Part shown: positions 11,441-22,240 of the stretch, in pieces
How positions within the stretch are numbered: position 1 is the first letter of the stretch
Layout: each line of letters opens with the position of its first letter
Assembly (NCBI GenBank): GCA_043228905.1
Contig: JBHGNT010000011.1
Span: 9,362,001-9,426,000 of the forward strand
DNA: 64,000 nucleotides
Reading direction: 5' to 3'
Origin: Azolla caroliniana
Taxonomy: Eukaryota; Plantae; Polypodiophyta
Notes under the pieces: model-generated
The model's database searches: none
What the model saw: the letters and a program-made list of their open reading frames with translations, nothing else
What the model was told of the DNA's origin: nothing
Position numbers and translations under genes: made by a program

Positions 11441-13617
11441 TCCAAAACGACTCGTTACACTCGTCGTTTTGAAGGGAGGATAGTGTCATGATATGGCAAG
11501 ACTTGAACCCATGACCTTATACTACATGGGTCGAGCTCTTGACCATTAGACTATACATTGTAATACATAGAATATTGACTCGAACCCATGACCTTATATT
11601 ACATGGGTCGAGCTCTTGACCATTAGACTATACATTGTAATACATAGAATATTATTTTCATTTATGTTTTATTATCGAAAATTGATGTATATTCCAGATT
11701 TCTCTGGAACATTCTAGAAACTTGAGGAGTATTCCTTAGAACACTATAAAAGGAGGCACAAGGCATTATTTCGAACCAAATCGGTTCAACGCTAGTCTTA
11801 AGCCTCCTAGCTATTGTACATTTTCTTCACATAATATATATCTTTTCTTATCATCACTCTCTCTCTCTCTCTCTCGATCTCTCTCTCCCTCCCTGTCACT
11901 CACTTTTTCTTTCTCTCGAGAGTTCTTCACCTCTCTTAGTACTAATACTTCTTTTAGTACTAATTCCTTCTTTGTCTTAGTACTGTTCCTGACAGGAGTG
12001 TTTCCGGTGTGCCCATGCACCTCTCCTCATAAAGGCGTACGAGCATTTTGTGCGCGTGTTTGTCTTCCTTGTACGTTCGGCCGTCTTGTGACGAGGGAGC
12101 GTTTCCGGCGTGCCCATGCACCTTTCCTCCTCATAAAGGCGTACGAGCATTTTATGCATGTGTTTGTGTCTTCCTTGTATGTTTGACCGTCTTGTGACGA
12201 GGGAAAGTTTTGGGCGTGCCCATGCACCTCTCCTCCTCATAAAGGCGTGCGAGCATTTTGTGTGTGTGTTTGTGTCTTCCTTGTACGTTCGGCCGTCTTG
12301 TGACGAGGGAGTGTTTCGGGCATGCCCATGCACCTCTCCTCATAAAGGCGTACGAGCATTTTGTGCGCGTGTTTGTGTCTTCCTTGTACGTTTGGCCGTC
12401 TTGTGACGAGGGAGCATTTCTGGCATGCTCATGCACCTCTCCTCCTCATAAAGACGTACGAGCATTTATGCGTGTGTTTGTGTCTTTCTTGTACATTCGG
12501 TCGTCTTGTGACGAGGGAGCGTTCGGCCTTGCCAATGCACCTCTCCTCCTCATAAAGGCATACGTCCATTTAACACATTCACGTTCACAAGTGGAAGGAT
12601 TGTGCATTCCACTTGTAGAATCTTCTTAAAACGAAGCAAATACACCCTCTCTACAAAAATTGGATGCACTAGTATCACATGTTCCTCAACTTGATTAGAA
12701 TTTGCAAATATAAAAATACATGATAGATCTACGAGTGGAGATCATTAGAAATCATGCAAGTTTTGACATGTTGATAAGTTAATGTAGGCATAATAAAGTT
12801 CAACTATGGCTCAATATGTCACTACTGTGCGACAAGGGAAACACTAACTTAAAGACTTATATTAATTAGGTAAGTTTTACAAAAATATCAGGTGTACTTG
12901 TATCCATACTAATAAAATGAGATATAATTTATACTTTGACCCATACATGCATGTATGTAATTGTGGAAAATGTAGGTTAGTGCACATTAGGATAAGTGAT
13001 TGGAATAACTAACTTATTAAAGTATTCAATACTTGTATTTAAAGTTGATCTAATCTATTCCTCAGTTTGTTCATATGGGATCAAACCATATGTTTATAAT
13101 TGTGGACAATGTAAGGCAGTGAACTTTAGGATAATGTCGTGGAAATAACAAACCTATTAGGCTTTCATACCTATATTTAAAATTGATCTACTCTATTGCT
13201 TAGGTGATTCACACAAGATCAAACTCCGAACGATAACGCAACTGGAACCATTATCAACACACTACACAATCTAAGCAGCAATGGAATAGAAACATAATAG
13301 TTTTAACAATAGAAGACAAAGATCCATAATAACAACATGGACAATCATGGCAACAATTATAGGGCCATGTTCTGTTAAGGCTAGCTTGGACCAAAATCAG
13401 CCTCCATTTAAACTAGTTCATGTTTCTCCATAAGTTTGGTAGTCAGCTATGCACGCGGTGAAACCAATGTCATAAATCTACTAATCAAGTATATAAAAAT
13501 AAAATTGAAACATATAGAAGATTATAAAGAATAGAATCCACTAGGTAAAACCCAAAATTTGTATTAATAATGTGAAATCTTAACAAATCGTCAGTGTCAT
13601 ATTCTTCATAGAGTCTA

Positions 13618-16600
13618 TTACATAGCAATCAATTCATCAACGTCATTTTCTTCATCATCTTGTGTAGAACTGTCTTCGGCTATACGTGCATTGGTTTCCC
13701 CTGTTAGCCGAGCCAACGAAATATCTTCTATAAGCTCATCATCAAGCTCTATTAGCTCCCCCGGTTCGCCGGCTAACGGAGGAATAGGCTCTCGAGAAGC
13801 AGGTTGAAACCTTTATGTATTGGCGAGGTTCTTTGCACCGACCTCCTCATCCTGGTCTGGGCACTCCCACAAAGCCTTAATCCGCATATTAATAAATATA
13901 ACTTGGTCCTCGTCCTTCTCCAATGCAACTGTATTTCTAAACAGCTTCAATGCACAACAGACGTAGTTCCTGTGATGTAAGTAACAAGAAGATTTAGTTG
14001 TCAAACGAAAAAAAAGGGATTGGTTATCTCAAGATCGTTACCCTAGTTCGAGGAATACCTGTGCCAAAAAAGAGATCTAATATCCAGTCTCCTTCGACAG
14101 AAAACATCTCGATCAAGCGCATCATAAGTCGTTGAGGTTTTTGGTATGGGTTGACAAGTCCCCGTTCTGTCGTGGTGACATGTCGCAATTTCCGTGTCAC
14201 TGCTGGATATACCAACAGATTTGAACCTCCCACTTCATTAGAATGCTCTTTGATTCTCTGTTTCTTAATTTCATCGAAGTAGCCAACCGTTATGTATTCA
14301 ATGGCATTAACAAACCGAAAAGTTGGCCCTCTATTTACATTGGTCTTGATCCTATAAAAAATAATTCATCGAGTTAAGAATAGATTCAACAACCATAAGA
14401 AATGCAATATAGTGAAAGACACCTATAAATAATCCTTACCATGCAAGGTTCTCGATGCCATGGCAACGAGATCTCAAAGCTTGAGCTACCGAGTACCCTT
14501 GGTCCATACTATGAAAGACAACTATTCGCCACAAGGATGCAGTCGTTAGCTCAGCAAAATCCTTGACCATCTTCTCCAATTGTTTAAACCTAAACGGTTC
14601 ATCGTCGTATGATGACCCAACCATTCGAAATCCGTAAGGAATATCCGCAATCATTAGCGTATATTCCTTCTTTGGCACCTTCTGGATCAAGTCGATGACA
14701 TCACCGCAAACCACATTGTAGTAAAGATCTCTCGTAATATCTTTTTTGTGGCTAAATTTTTTAAAGGAGCCATCTTCCTCCATTTCGTACGCCTTGACTA
14801 AGCGATGATCCTTTTCTTTTCTGGCTCGCTCGAGATGTGCAAGGAACGATGTAGGGAAATCGTGTATATCCTTAACTTCTCCTTGTTTCTTGCCTCGACA
14901 CGGTTTCTAATAGAAGCAATAGGACATCAGGTATTATTATACAAGCTCTACATATGATGAAAGGGTAATGAAAAACATGAATACTAACCCAATCCTTGAA
15001 TGCAATAAAATACTCTGATAACGCCTTATACGAAGACGTTAGAGGATAATCCTCGGTCACTTGTTCCCAAGTTATACATCCAAGTTGTTTCATCATAACT
15101 TCTTGGATCTTCATGTACACCTTATGACTGCAAAATTAGAAATCAAGATTAGAACTTTGAATTACACCAGATAGACTACAATTTCAGTATTTGAAAGACT
15201 TACTTATTGAACTCAGTGACCATTTCTTCAAGGCTTAAATCTTTCACCACAACCCTTGACAAAACCGACACAAGAAGCTGCTCGTCCTTAATACCTTGCA
15301 TCGCTCTCCATAGAGACAGCTTCATGTCGTCTGCCGCTTCTTCAATTGTCAAGTCAATTTTCTTGGCGGCTTGTGACTTTAACTCTAGTTGAGGGTCAAC
15401 CCTACATTTCTTTTGTCGTTGACCCTTTACCTCCTTATTCTCCCACATTGAGAAGATTTGATCTTGTAGGTCCCATACTTCTCCATCTCTAAACGCCAAT
15501 TGAAACCAAGACTCATACTTTCGAAGACCATCGGACCTAACATTATCATCTACCATAATGCTGACTTCATGCAGACATTGATGTCGAAGGCCTGGATGTA
15601 ACTTCACACCAAACTTTTGTTTCACGTCTAAATACTCGTGGTGGAAGAACCGTATACGCTCAATGGACGACATTTTCTGCCTATAGTCATTATCATTATT
15701 ATGGTCCCATGCCAACAGCTTAGCCTCTTCGGTTGTGAGCCCAACATAAATTTTGCACTCGGCATACTTGAAGAAGAAAGTTGTTGGATGTTCTCTCACA
15801 AGTTGCCGACGTGCCTCTGCTGAATGCGATCCACCAATGACAAAATAATTATATTGATCATGCTTTCTAATATCAAAATCTTCAATGGTTTCACATTCTT
15901 CAGGATCTACCATAACAATAAAAGGCACCACAGTGGCATGAGGATTAATTTTCATTTTTTTCTTGAGATTTTGAACATGCATGCGATGTGGCTCTCTAAT
16001 CTCAAGTGGTCGTCGACCTGTTTTTTCATCAATAGGGGGCCGATGGATGTGTGTTATGGGCAAATTAAACACTTGCCCTTTCCTGACCAGTTTCCGTTGC
16101 ATTAACTCTCTCCTTATCTTATTCTGCTCGGATGACAAAACACCCGAGGCCAGCTCAGCTCCTGGCGTCCCCTTATTATCCTCCTCTTCGTTTTCACTTG
16201 TTGAATCCGTATCCGACATTTTGGTTGTCTTCTTCTTTGGTGGTCTTGATTGGACTTTGGATACCCTTTTTGTGGCCTTCAATGGGGAGGGCACTTCATC
16301 TCTTAGAGTTACATGGCCTTGTATATAAGGCCTCAAGGTAACAATAAGGTTTTGTGAGCTATCAAGTGCTTTTTTGAACGCTTCTGGCCCACAAGATTCC
16401 TTTACTAAAAGGTCTTCTGAAAGGAACACTTTACGTACCCCCTTGGAGCACTCTATCATTACTAGTATGTTGGCCGAATCTGCATCTTCGTAGTCAAATC
16501 GTAGAATATGGCCATACATAAATGGGGTTTCCTTTCCAAGCTGCCCCTCACCCTTCTTCTTTGCTGTATACAATACGACTTTTTTCTTTGAGTCGACATA

Positions 16601-17643
16601 TTGCATACACCATTCCTTGTCCGTTAGATCTCGGTCAGGAAGGTCTTCACCTCCAGTAGCGGCGACAAGTTTCTTTTGGCTAACATCACTATGTGGCTGA
16701 GATTTTGTCTCTTCGTTAAAGAGAAGTTTTTTTCCTCTCTTCATGGTCTCAGGAGCTACCTTGGTCTGGGCTTCGATTGGAGAACCTTGTATGCGAAGCT
16801 TTATTTTCTTCACAGGTCGGTCCGACAGGTTCTCAAACGACCTATTTAAGAAAGTATATGCAAAAACATAAGTTAGGTAGTCACGTAGATTAAGGTTGTA
16901 TATTAACATGAAGAACAGTTCCCACTAGCAGTCCTATATTCAAAAATCTATTATAGGCAGGGCTATTCAACCTACAAAATATATATCGTAATAAGTAAAC
17001 AGGGTTATATATTCTTTTAAATAGTAGGTATGACTTATATAGATTCCAAACTTATATTGAGGAGAATTTGCTATCGTAAAGGCAATTTGTGGATCATTTT
17101 CTACAATTTTAAGCTAAAGTAGGTCATAAAACACCTATAATTAGAGCATGTTTTTTTTTAAAAGTAAGGAAAGTCAACATAAAAAAGACTGATTTTGCCA
17201 GACAATTTGATATCTTTTCCACACCATAATTATTTGTTACCCCAAAAACACAATTTTTCTCTCTCAGAGACTTCTTTTATACAGGAACTCGATACGCCGT
17301 ATCGAGTTCCCGTTTAAAACCTAAACTTTAAACAGGAACTCGATACGGCGTATCGAGTTCCCGTTTAAGGTTTTAAAGGGGAACTCGATACGACGTATCG
17401 AGTTCCTGTTTAATGTGTAGGTTTTAAACAGGAACTCGATACGCCGTATCGAGTTCCCCTTTAAAAATAAAAAACAAAGTATGAAGTCGATACGCCGTAT
17501 CGAGTTCATGTATAAAGTTTGTATTGTATACATGAACTCGATACGGTGTATCAAGTTCTTGAGCGACGAAACATATTTACAAAAATGTCCACAGTGTCAG
17601 AGGCCTACCTGGAGTCCTCGCGCTCGATTATCTTTGAAGACAT
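13618..17643 (-). pseudogene. Six-exon gene for a ParB-like domain plus beta-class N6-adenine/N4-cytosine DNA methyltransferase fusion (~970 aa); last exon has a 1-nt frameshift and a stop
   Basis: Exons 17643-17609, 16841-15204, 15127-14989, 14906-14440, 14351-14059, 13969-13618, all with GT-AG introns and joined in phase. ParB/Srx-like core (LPITHIHRPP..REP..VPFIVMV..YFVIGGSHSAEARR). MTase motif IV (CGDVIDLI..LMIADIPYG), then PYQKP..L..LIEMFS, then motif I (ILDLFFGTGT) and RNTVALEKD. Frameshift at ~13958, TAA at 13813-13815, then an acidic tail. Confidence 0.82.
17284..17558. repeat. Array of six 27-bp palindromes GGAACTCGATACG-N-CGTATCGAGTTCC in intron 1 of the ParB-MTase gene
   Basis: Copies at 17284, 17335, 17380, 17431 (perfect) and ~17482, ~17533 (degenerate); spacing 45-51 bp; variable central base. 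Confidence 0.95.
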
Positions 17644-17783
17644 GGTTGATCGTGTGGAAGTGGAGGCGGAGATCGCGCTTTCGTGCTTTGTGCTCTGTGT
17701 GCTTTTTGTGCTTTGTGTGCTCTCTACGTTCTGTGTGCTCTGTACACTCTGTACACTCTTGTGAGTGAAATATGACGAGGTCT

Positions 17784-17797
17784 TCCTATTTATAGGG
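17784..17797 (-). promoter_or_regulatory. Putative TATA box of the ParB-MTase gene
   Basis: Minus-strand CCCTATAAATAG about 25-30 nt upstream of a pyrimidine/CA initiator-like TCACTCAC and ~145 nt upstream of the exon-1 ATG. Confidence 0.55.
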
Positions 17798-18495
17798 ATT
17801 GACCACATTGGTTAAAGTAACCATAATCACCTTAACCAAGGTTGGTAACTTTGAGGATAGTTAGTTGGTAACTATAGTCACATTAACTAGAGTAACTTAT
17901 GATTGTATTAATGATTACAAAGTCAAACTAACATATTGATCAATCTTTTATAGTCATAACAACCTACAATGACTTCAAAGGTTATGAAGGAGACAATGAT
18001 AGAGGTTCATGAATGTACCAATGATTGATTACTAAAAGCAACAATTTTTATGACTCTCAAATGCTATGTATTAAAGATGTTGGCATGAATTAACCAATGA
18101 TTGATAAGTCTAATATTTAAAATGGTGAGCATTAAAGAACCAATGAGTGAGACGTTCTATATCAAAATGGGTGCCATTAATTAGCCAATGATTTTAACAT
18201 TAATCCAACATATTCATGACTTGTTAATGATTAGTTTTATATTTTACTTGATTTAACTTCAAATAGATCTAGTTTATATAATAATTGATATTTTAAGTAC
18301 AATTACTTTATTAAAAATAATTTTTTGATGTATTGTATTAATAGAATATTACATAATATAGACATTCTATTGATTTGGCTTTTGTTTAGAGAGAAGTTTA
18401 TGTTTAGAGAGGAGGATATGTTTAGAGAGGAGCTTATTAGTTTTTTTCCTTACCCTAAGCACATAACTTAGAGAGCCCTATCTAGACCTTAAGCC

Positions 18496-21026
18496 ATGAG
18501 TGAAGATTCACCGTTCTCGATTGAAGAATATTGTTTGTCATCAGACCCATCGTTTTCTACTGAAGAGTATTGTTTGTCAACAGAGTCACCATATTCGATT
18601 GAAGAATATTGTCAGTCGACCGACTCACCATATTCTATCGAAGAATATTGTCTGAGCTCATCTACAGGGAATGTAAATAATGACACATGTGAAGAGTTCT
18701 CTATTGAAGAATACGATATTAATAAAGATACCGAGAATGAAGGAAGTGCCCAGGAAACATTGAATAACATTGGCGATGGCCACAACAGAGAATTAGACTG
18801 TAACAAGGTTACACCAACCTCTATGCAGGAAGAGAAATCTGGGAGTCCTATGCATATTAGAAGAATCCCACGAAGAATTTGTCTGGCTAGATTTAGCTTG
18901 GTGACATCAGATAAACAGATTGGATTTGATGTCAAAAAAATATGTTGTGCCCGTGGTTGTATGTCTATGATTGGAAAATCAAAGTTGCGAGAATTAAGGC
19001 GATACTATTTTTCGATGACCGGTGATGAGCAAGACACTTACCTCGGGTCACATATGCAACTAGTATCTGACAAATGTACGGGGATCAAAGTATCATTCGA
19101 GTATTATATCTTCCATGCGCAACAGATATGTAGAGTTGCATTCAAAATTGCGTTATGTGTTAGTAACATGCGGCTACATAGAGTACAACAACGTCTACTT
19201 AGCGGGGATCAGATGCTCAATTGTAAAGAGGTTCCAAGTATGAAAGGTGCAATTGGAAGACATGCTATTGGCTGGATGAAAACTTACTTTCAATTAAATT
19301 GTGAAGTAATGCCCACTACAGGTAGGATGCATCTTTCTGATAATTATACACGTCGGGAAGTTTATGATGTCTATCGATCTGATATGCTGGGCTCACGTAA
19401 TAAGTCTATCACCTATAGCCAATTCACAAGATTATGGAGAGCTCGGTTTTCAAATGTTATTATTCCTCGTAAAGTACGTATGGGGTATTGCTCCATTTGT
19501 GCAAATCTTAAAAGTTTGGCTAAAGGTGCAAAGACATCGATGGAAAAGGATACGAGTAAGAAGTTACTACAAGAGCATCGTGAGGCACAATCCTTAGAAC
19601 GAAGGAAGGCGATGCATCATAGAGAGAAGTGTTTGAAGAGGCCTGAACAATACATGTGCTTAATGATAGATGGCATGGACCAGAAGAAGACATGCTTGCC
19701 GCATATGCGGAGGCTCCCCAAAGATGTCAATGATGAGTGCCACACACATGAGTCAATTTCCTTTTGGTTGGCCACACACATGACCATATAGATAAGATGT
19801 TTAGCACATTCTCCAGACAGTTGTCTCGGCATGATGCTTTCACTTTACCTAAACTATTTGATGTCATTTGTGATGCTTATACACCACGCCCAAAAGTGTT
19901 ACACTTGAAGGAGGTATATGACTTTAAGAGATATATATTAGATGGGGGTGGTGGGAATGTTAAAGTGCTTGCTCAGTTAAACAATATAAGTTTCAATCAC
20001 ATTTTTATGATAAAGAAAAATGGAATAAGTGGTTCTACACTTTTGTATGCTAAACAATATTCATCTTCTACAACATGGGAACCTGAAGGTGGTTGCCAGT
20101 TATTACTTTGTATGCCGAGTACAATTGTCCATGGAGCTAAGCAAATGCCAATTGAGAAGAAAGGACAGTTGTAGAGCGACTTGGTATTAGAACAAAAACG
20201 GTCATGGCTCCAAGTCTTAGAAGAAAAAAGAAAGCATATTGAGGCCGCCAAGAAATATGCCGCACAACAAGACACGTCATGGTGGGATGTATTTTATAGT
20301 GATCAGAAAGAAATTATAGACAATTGTGTATCTGTTGATAATTGGAATTTGGAAACGCCATTCACATGGTCGTTGCAACATGATTGCGTAAATAGAACTC
20401 CGGAGCAACTAGTAAATGCGATTAATGACAGCTTGGTCCATCCACAACAAAGAGATATTTATGTGGGACCAAGGATGACCAAAGCAGCCGAAGCTAGATG
20501 GCAAGGAAATTTGCAAGAGCTCACCGCGGGGATGTTGATTGCAACGCCGGCTGATGAGAACTCACATGGCCACCAATTTTGGGTTGGTAAAATTCTAGAA
20601 GTGCTAATGCATGAAATAGAAAACACGATCAAGTCTATAAATGTTCATTGGTACAACACTAGAAGTGCAAATGCTTTTACAGGTAAGTATACATTGGAGA
20701 TGATTGAATGCCCAACAAGAAGGGGAGGTAGGAAGAGGAAGCGAAACATTCGTAACACCTCGACCCTTGATATCTCTGATGTGGATATCATTGTGTACGA
20801 CTTCACACTTACAAAAGCCGGACGATTAAGGAAGTCAACAATAGATATAATAAAAGAAAAATTACCAGGTCTACAAGGTGGCTCGAGTCGGCAAACGAGA
20901 TCTGCTACATATAATCTAGAGTCAAACCATTTGGTTTATGACGAAGATAATGCACTGATTGGTACATCCGAGGATGATGAGGAGGAATCGTCATTGTATA
21001 TTAGTTATAGTAGTGATTCTCCGTAA
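18496..21026 (+). pseudogene. Sola1-like (DUF7869-type) DDD/E transposase, internally deleted
   Basis: ICRVAF, SYSQFTRLW-like, CSIC..H, LMIDGMDQKKTCLPH and VGHTHDHIDKMFS motifs. The segment between these last two motifs is missing (deletion and frameshift at ~19740-19765). In-frame TAG at 20172-20174 links ORFs 19764-20174 and 20181-21026. Confidence 0.75.
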
Positions 21027-21777
21027 AGGAGTGATCATGAATGTATATTTGGCTATTAAGTGTAACTACATTCCGCTTGTAACAAATCGAGTAATATAAA
21101 AGCATGTGTTTTGAATTCTTATGATTTCTAAAAAATCGTTTCTTATAAAATAACATTGGTTGTACAGTTTGTGATATAAATTGAGAATGTATCTTTTTGA
21201 AATTCGTCTTTTTTTAGTTACTTCTAAATCACGAAAATAGTGGATTTTTAACCTTTTTCATAGTATGTTTGAACATGTATGATACTGGTATCAATGTGTT
21301 TTGTAAAATCATTGAAAAACCCCTAAAATTTCCCTTATCCTTCCATTTATGCGCGATCCTTCCACTTGTGAACGCGAACGTGTTATTTGTGCATCTGTTT
21401 TGTGTCTTCCTTGTACGTTCGACGTCTTGTGACAAGGGAGCGTTCGGGCGTGCCCATGCACCTCTCCTCCTCATAAAGACGTACATGCATTCGTGTTTGT
21501 GTTATCGTCCCCTTGTGCGTTCATCTTGCGTGCTCATCTTTGCTTGTACCCGTTTGATCACTTGGCTCGTGCGGTGATCTCAAAAACTTGCAAGTCGTGA
21601 TCAACGAAAGCCACTGGCCTCACAAAAAGGGGCAACGAGCCCTTGCTTGGGAAGGGGTCGGGAAGTAGTATTGTCGTAAAGCAAACCTCGGGTTTTCTCT
21701 ATCCCTTCAGTACTCCCTAGTCCAAGACCCCCGTGGTCCCGCCCAAGTAACACACGTGCGAAACTTTGCGACACCGA

Positions 21778-22240
21778 TGGAATGCTTACTTTCACCTCGA
21801 GAATATTTAGAATGACTCTAAAAAGATTGATATGGAGGTTCGTGAGATGATCAGTGCCGCAAAATCTTGATGGGAGCAGTTGGATAGAAAACCGGGAACG
21901 TGGGAGGCATTTGAAAAGACTCTTAGGATGGAATTTGTCCATCCCAAGACGACTTCTCAAGTGATACAAGATGTGTCACTTGTCCGATAAGGGCAAGACT
22001 ATTGACTAATTCAATCAGTATTTGCGCGACTTGATTACAAAGCATGGACTTTTGTTGACTTCTAATGAGGAAATAATGATAGGATTATATATTAATAGTT
22101 TCCATAATAAAGATTTTCATTATGAGATCCACGCTCATCAACCCAAGACTTTGGGAGAAGCTATGGAAAGTGCCCGCATTCTATTTGACACAAAAGCTCG
22201 TTACCAACCAAAAGAGTCGGAAGGAGAACGAGATAAACGT
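21778..22240 (+). pseudogene. gag: gag N-terminal part of outer Ty3/gypsy
   Basis: W....TWEAFEKTLRMEF and PKTLGEAMESA motifs, with stops; continues after the nested insertion at ~25894. Confidence 0.65.

Larger units (their letters stand above)
6285..11994 (+). mobile_element. Ty3/gypsy chromovirus (Tcn1/Tf1-like), full length, pol disrupted
   Basis: LTRs 6285-6714 and 11484-11994; TSD GGAGC/GGAGT; PPT GAAGGGAGGA; gag, protease, RT, RNase H, integrase and chromodomain in Ty3 order. Confidence 0.93.
12572..21384. mobile_element. Sola1-like TIR DNA transposon (8813 bp) carrying a ParB-methyltransferase gene and a transposase in divergent orientation
   Basis: TIR left AACACATTCACGTTCACAAGTGGAAGGATTGTGCAT versus right (revcomp) AACACGTTCGCGTTCACAAGTGGAAGGATCGCGCAT; 4-bp TSD ATTT (12568-12571, 21385-21388). 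It cleanly interrupts one 105-bp repeat unit. Superfamily inferred from the TSD and transposase motifs. Confidence 0.85.
6148..21500 (+). repeat. ~105-bp tandem repeat array (~8 units) in the leader of the outer element, split by insertions into 6148-6284, 11995-12571 and 21385-~21500
   Basis: Unit TGTACGTTCGGCCGTCTTGTGACGAGGGAGCGTTT..CCCATGCACCTCTCCTCCTCATAAAGGCGTACGAGCATTTTGTG..; starts at ~6148, 6254, 12070, 12176, 12282, 12385, 12490, 21412. Confidence 0.88.

Noticed and set aside
11977-12629. Multiple overlapping short ORFs
   Set aside because: By-products of the 105-bp tandem repeat.
15200-16909. Stand-alone 569-aa protein starting MLIYNLN
   Set aside because: The first ~23 codons are intron sequence and the stop lies in a GTAAG donor; it is exon 2 of a larger gene.
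17284-17558. CRISPR array (palindromic ~27-bp repeats with differing spacers)
   Set aside because: Spacers are only 18-24 bp, AT-rich and partly extend the palindrome; there are no cas genes; the context is a eukaryotic intron.
12572-21384. Bacterial contamination or prophage as the source of the ParB-MTase
   Set aside because: The gene has spliceosomal introns and a TATA box and sits inside a TSD-flanked element nested in a plant retrotransposon.
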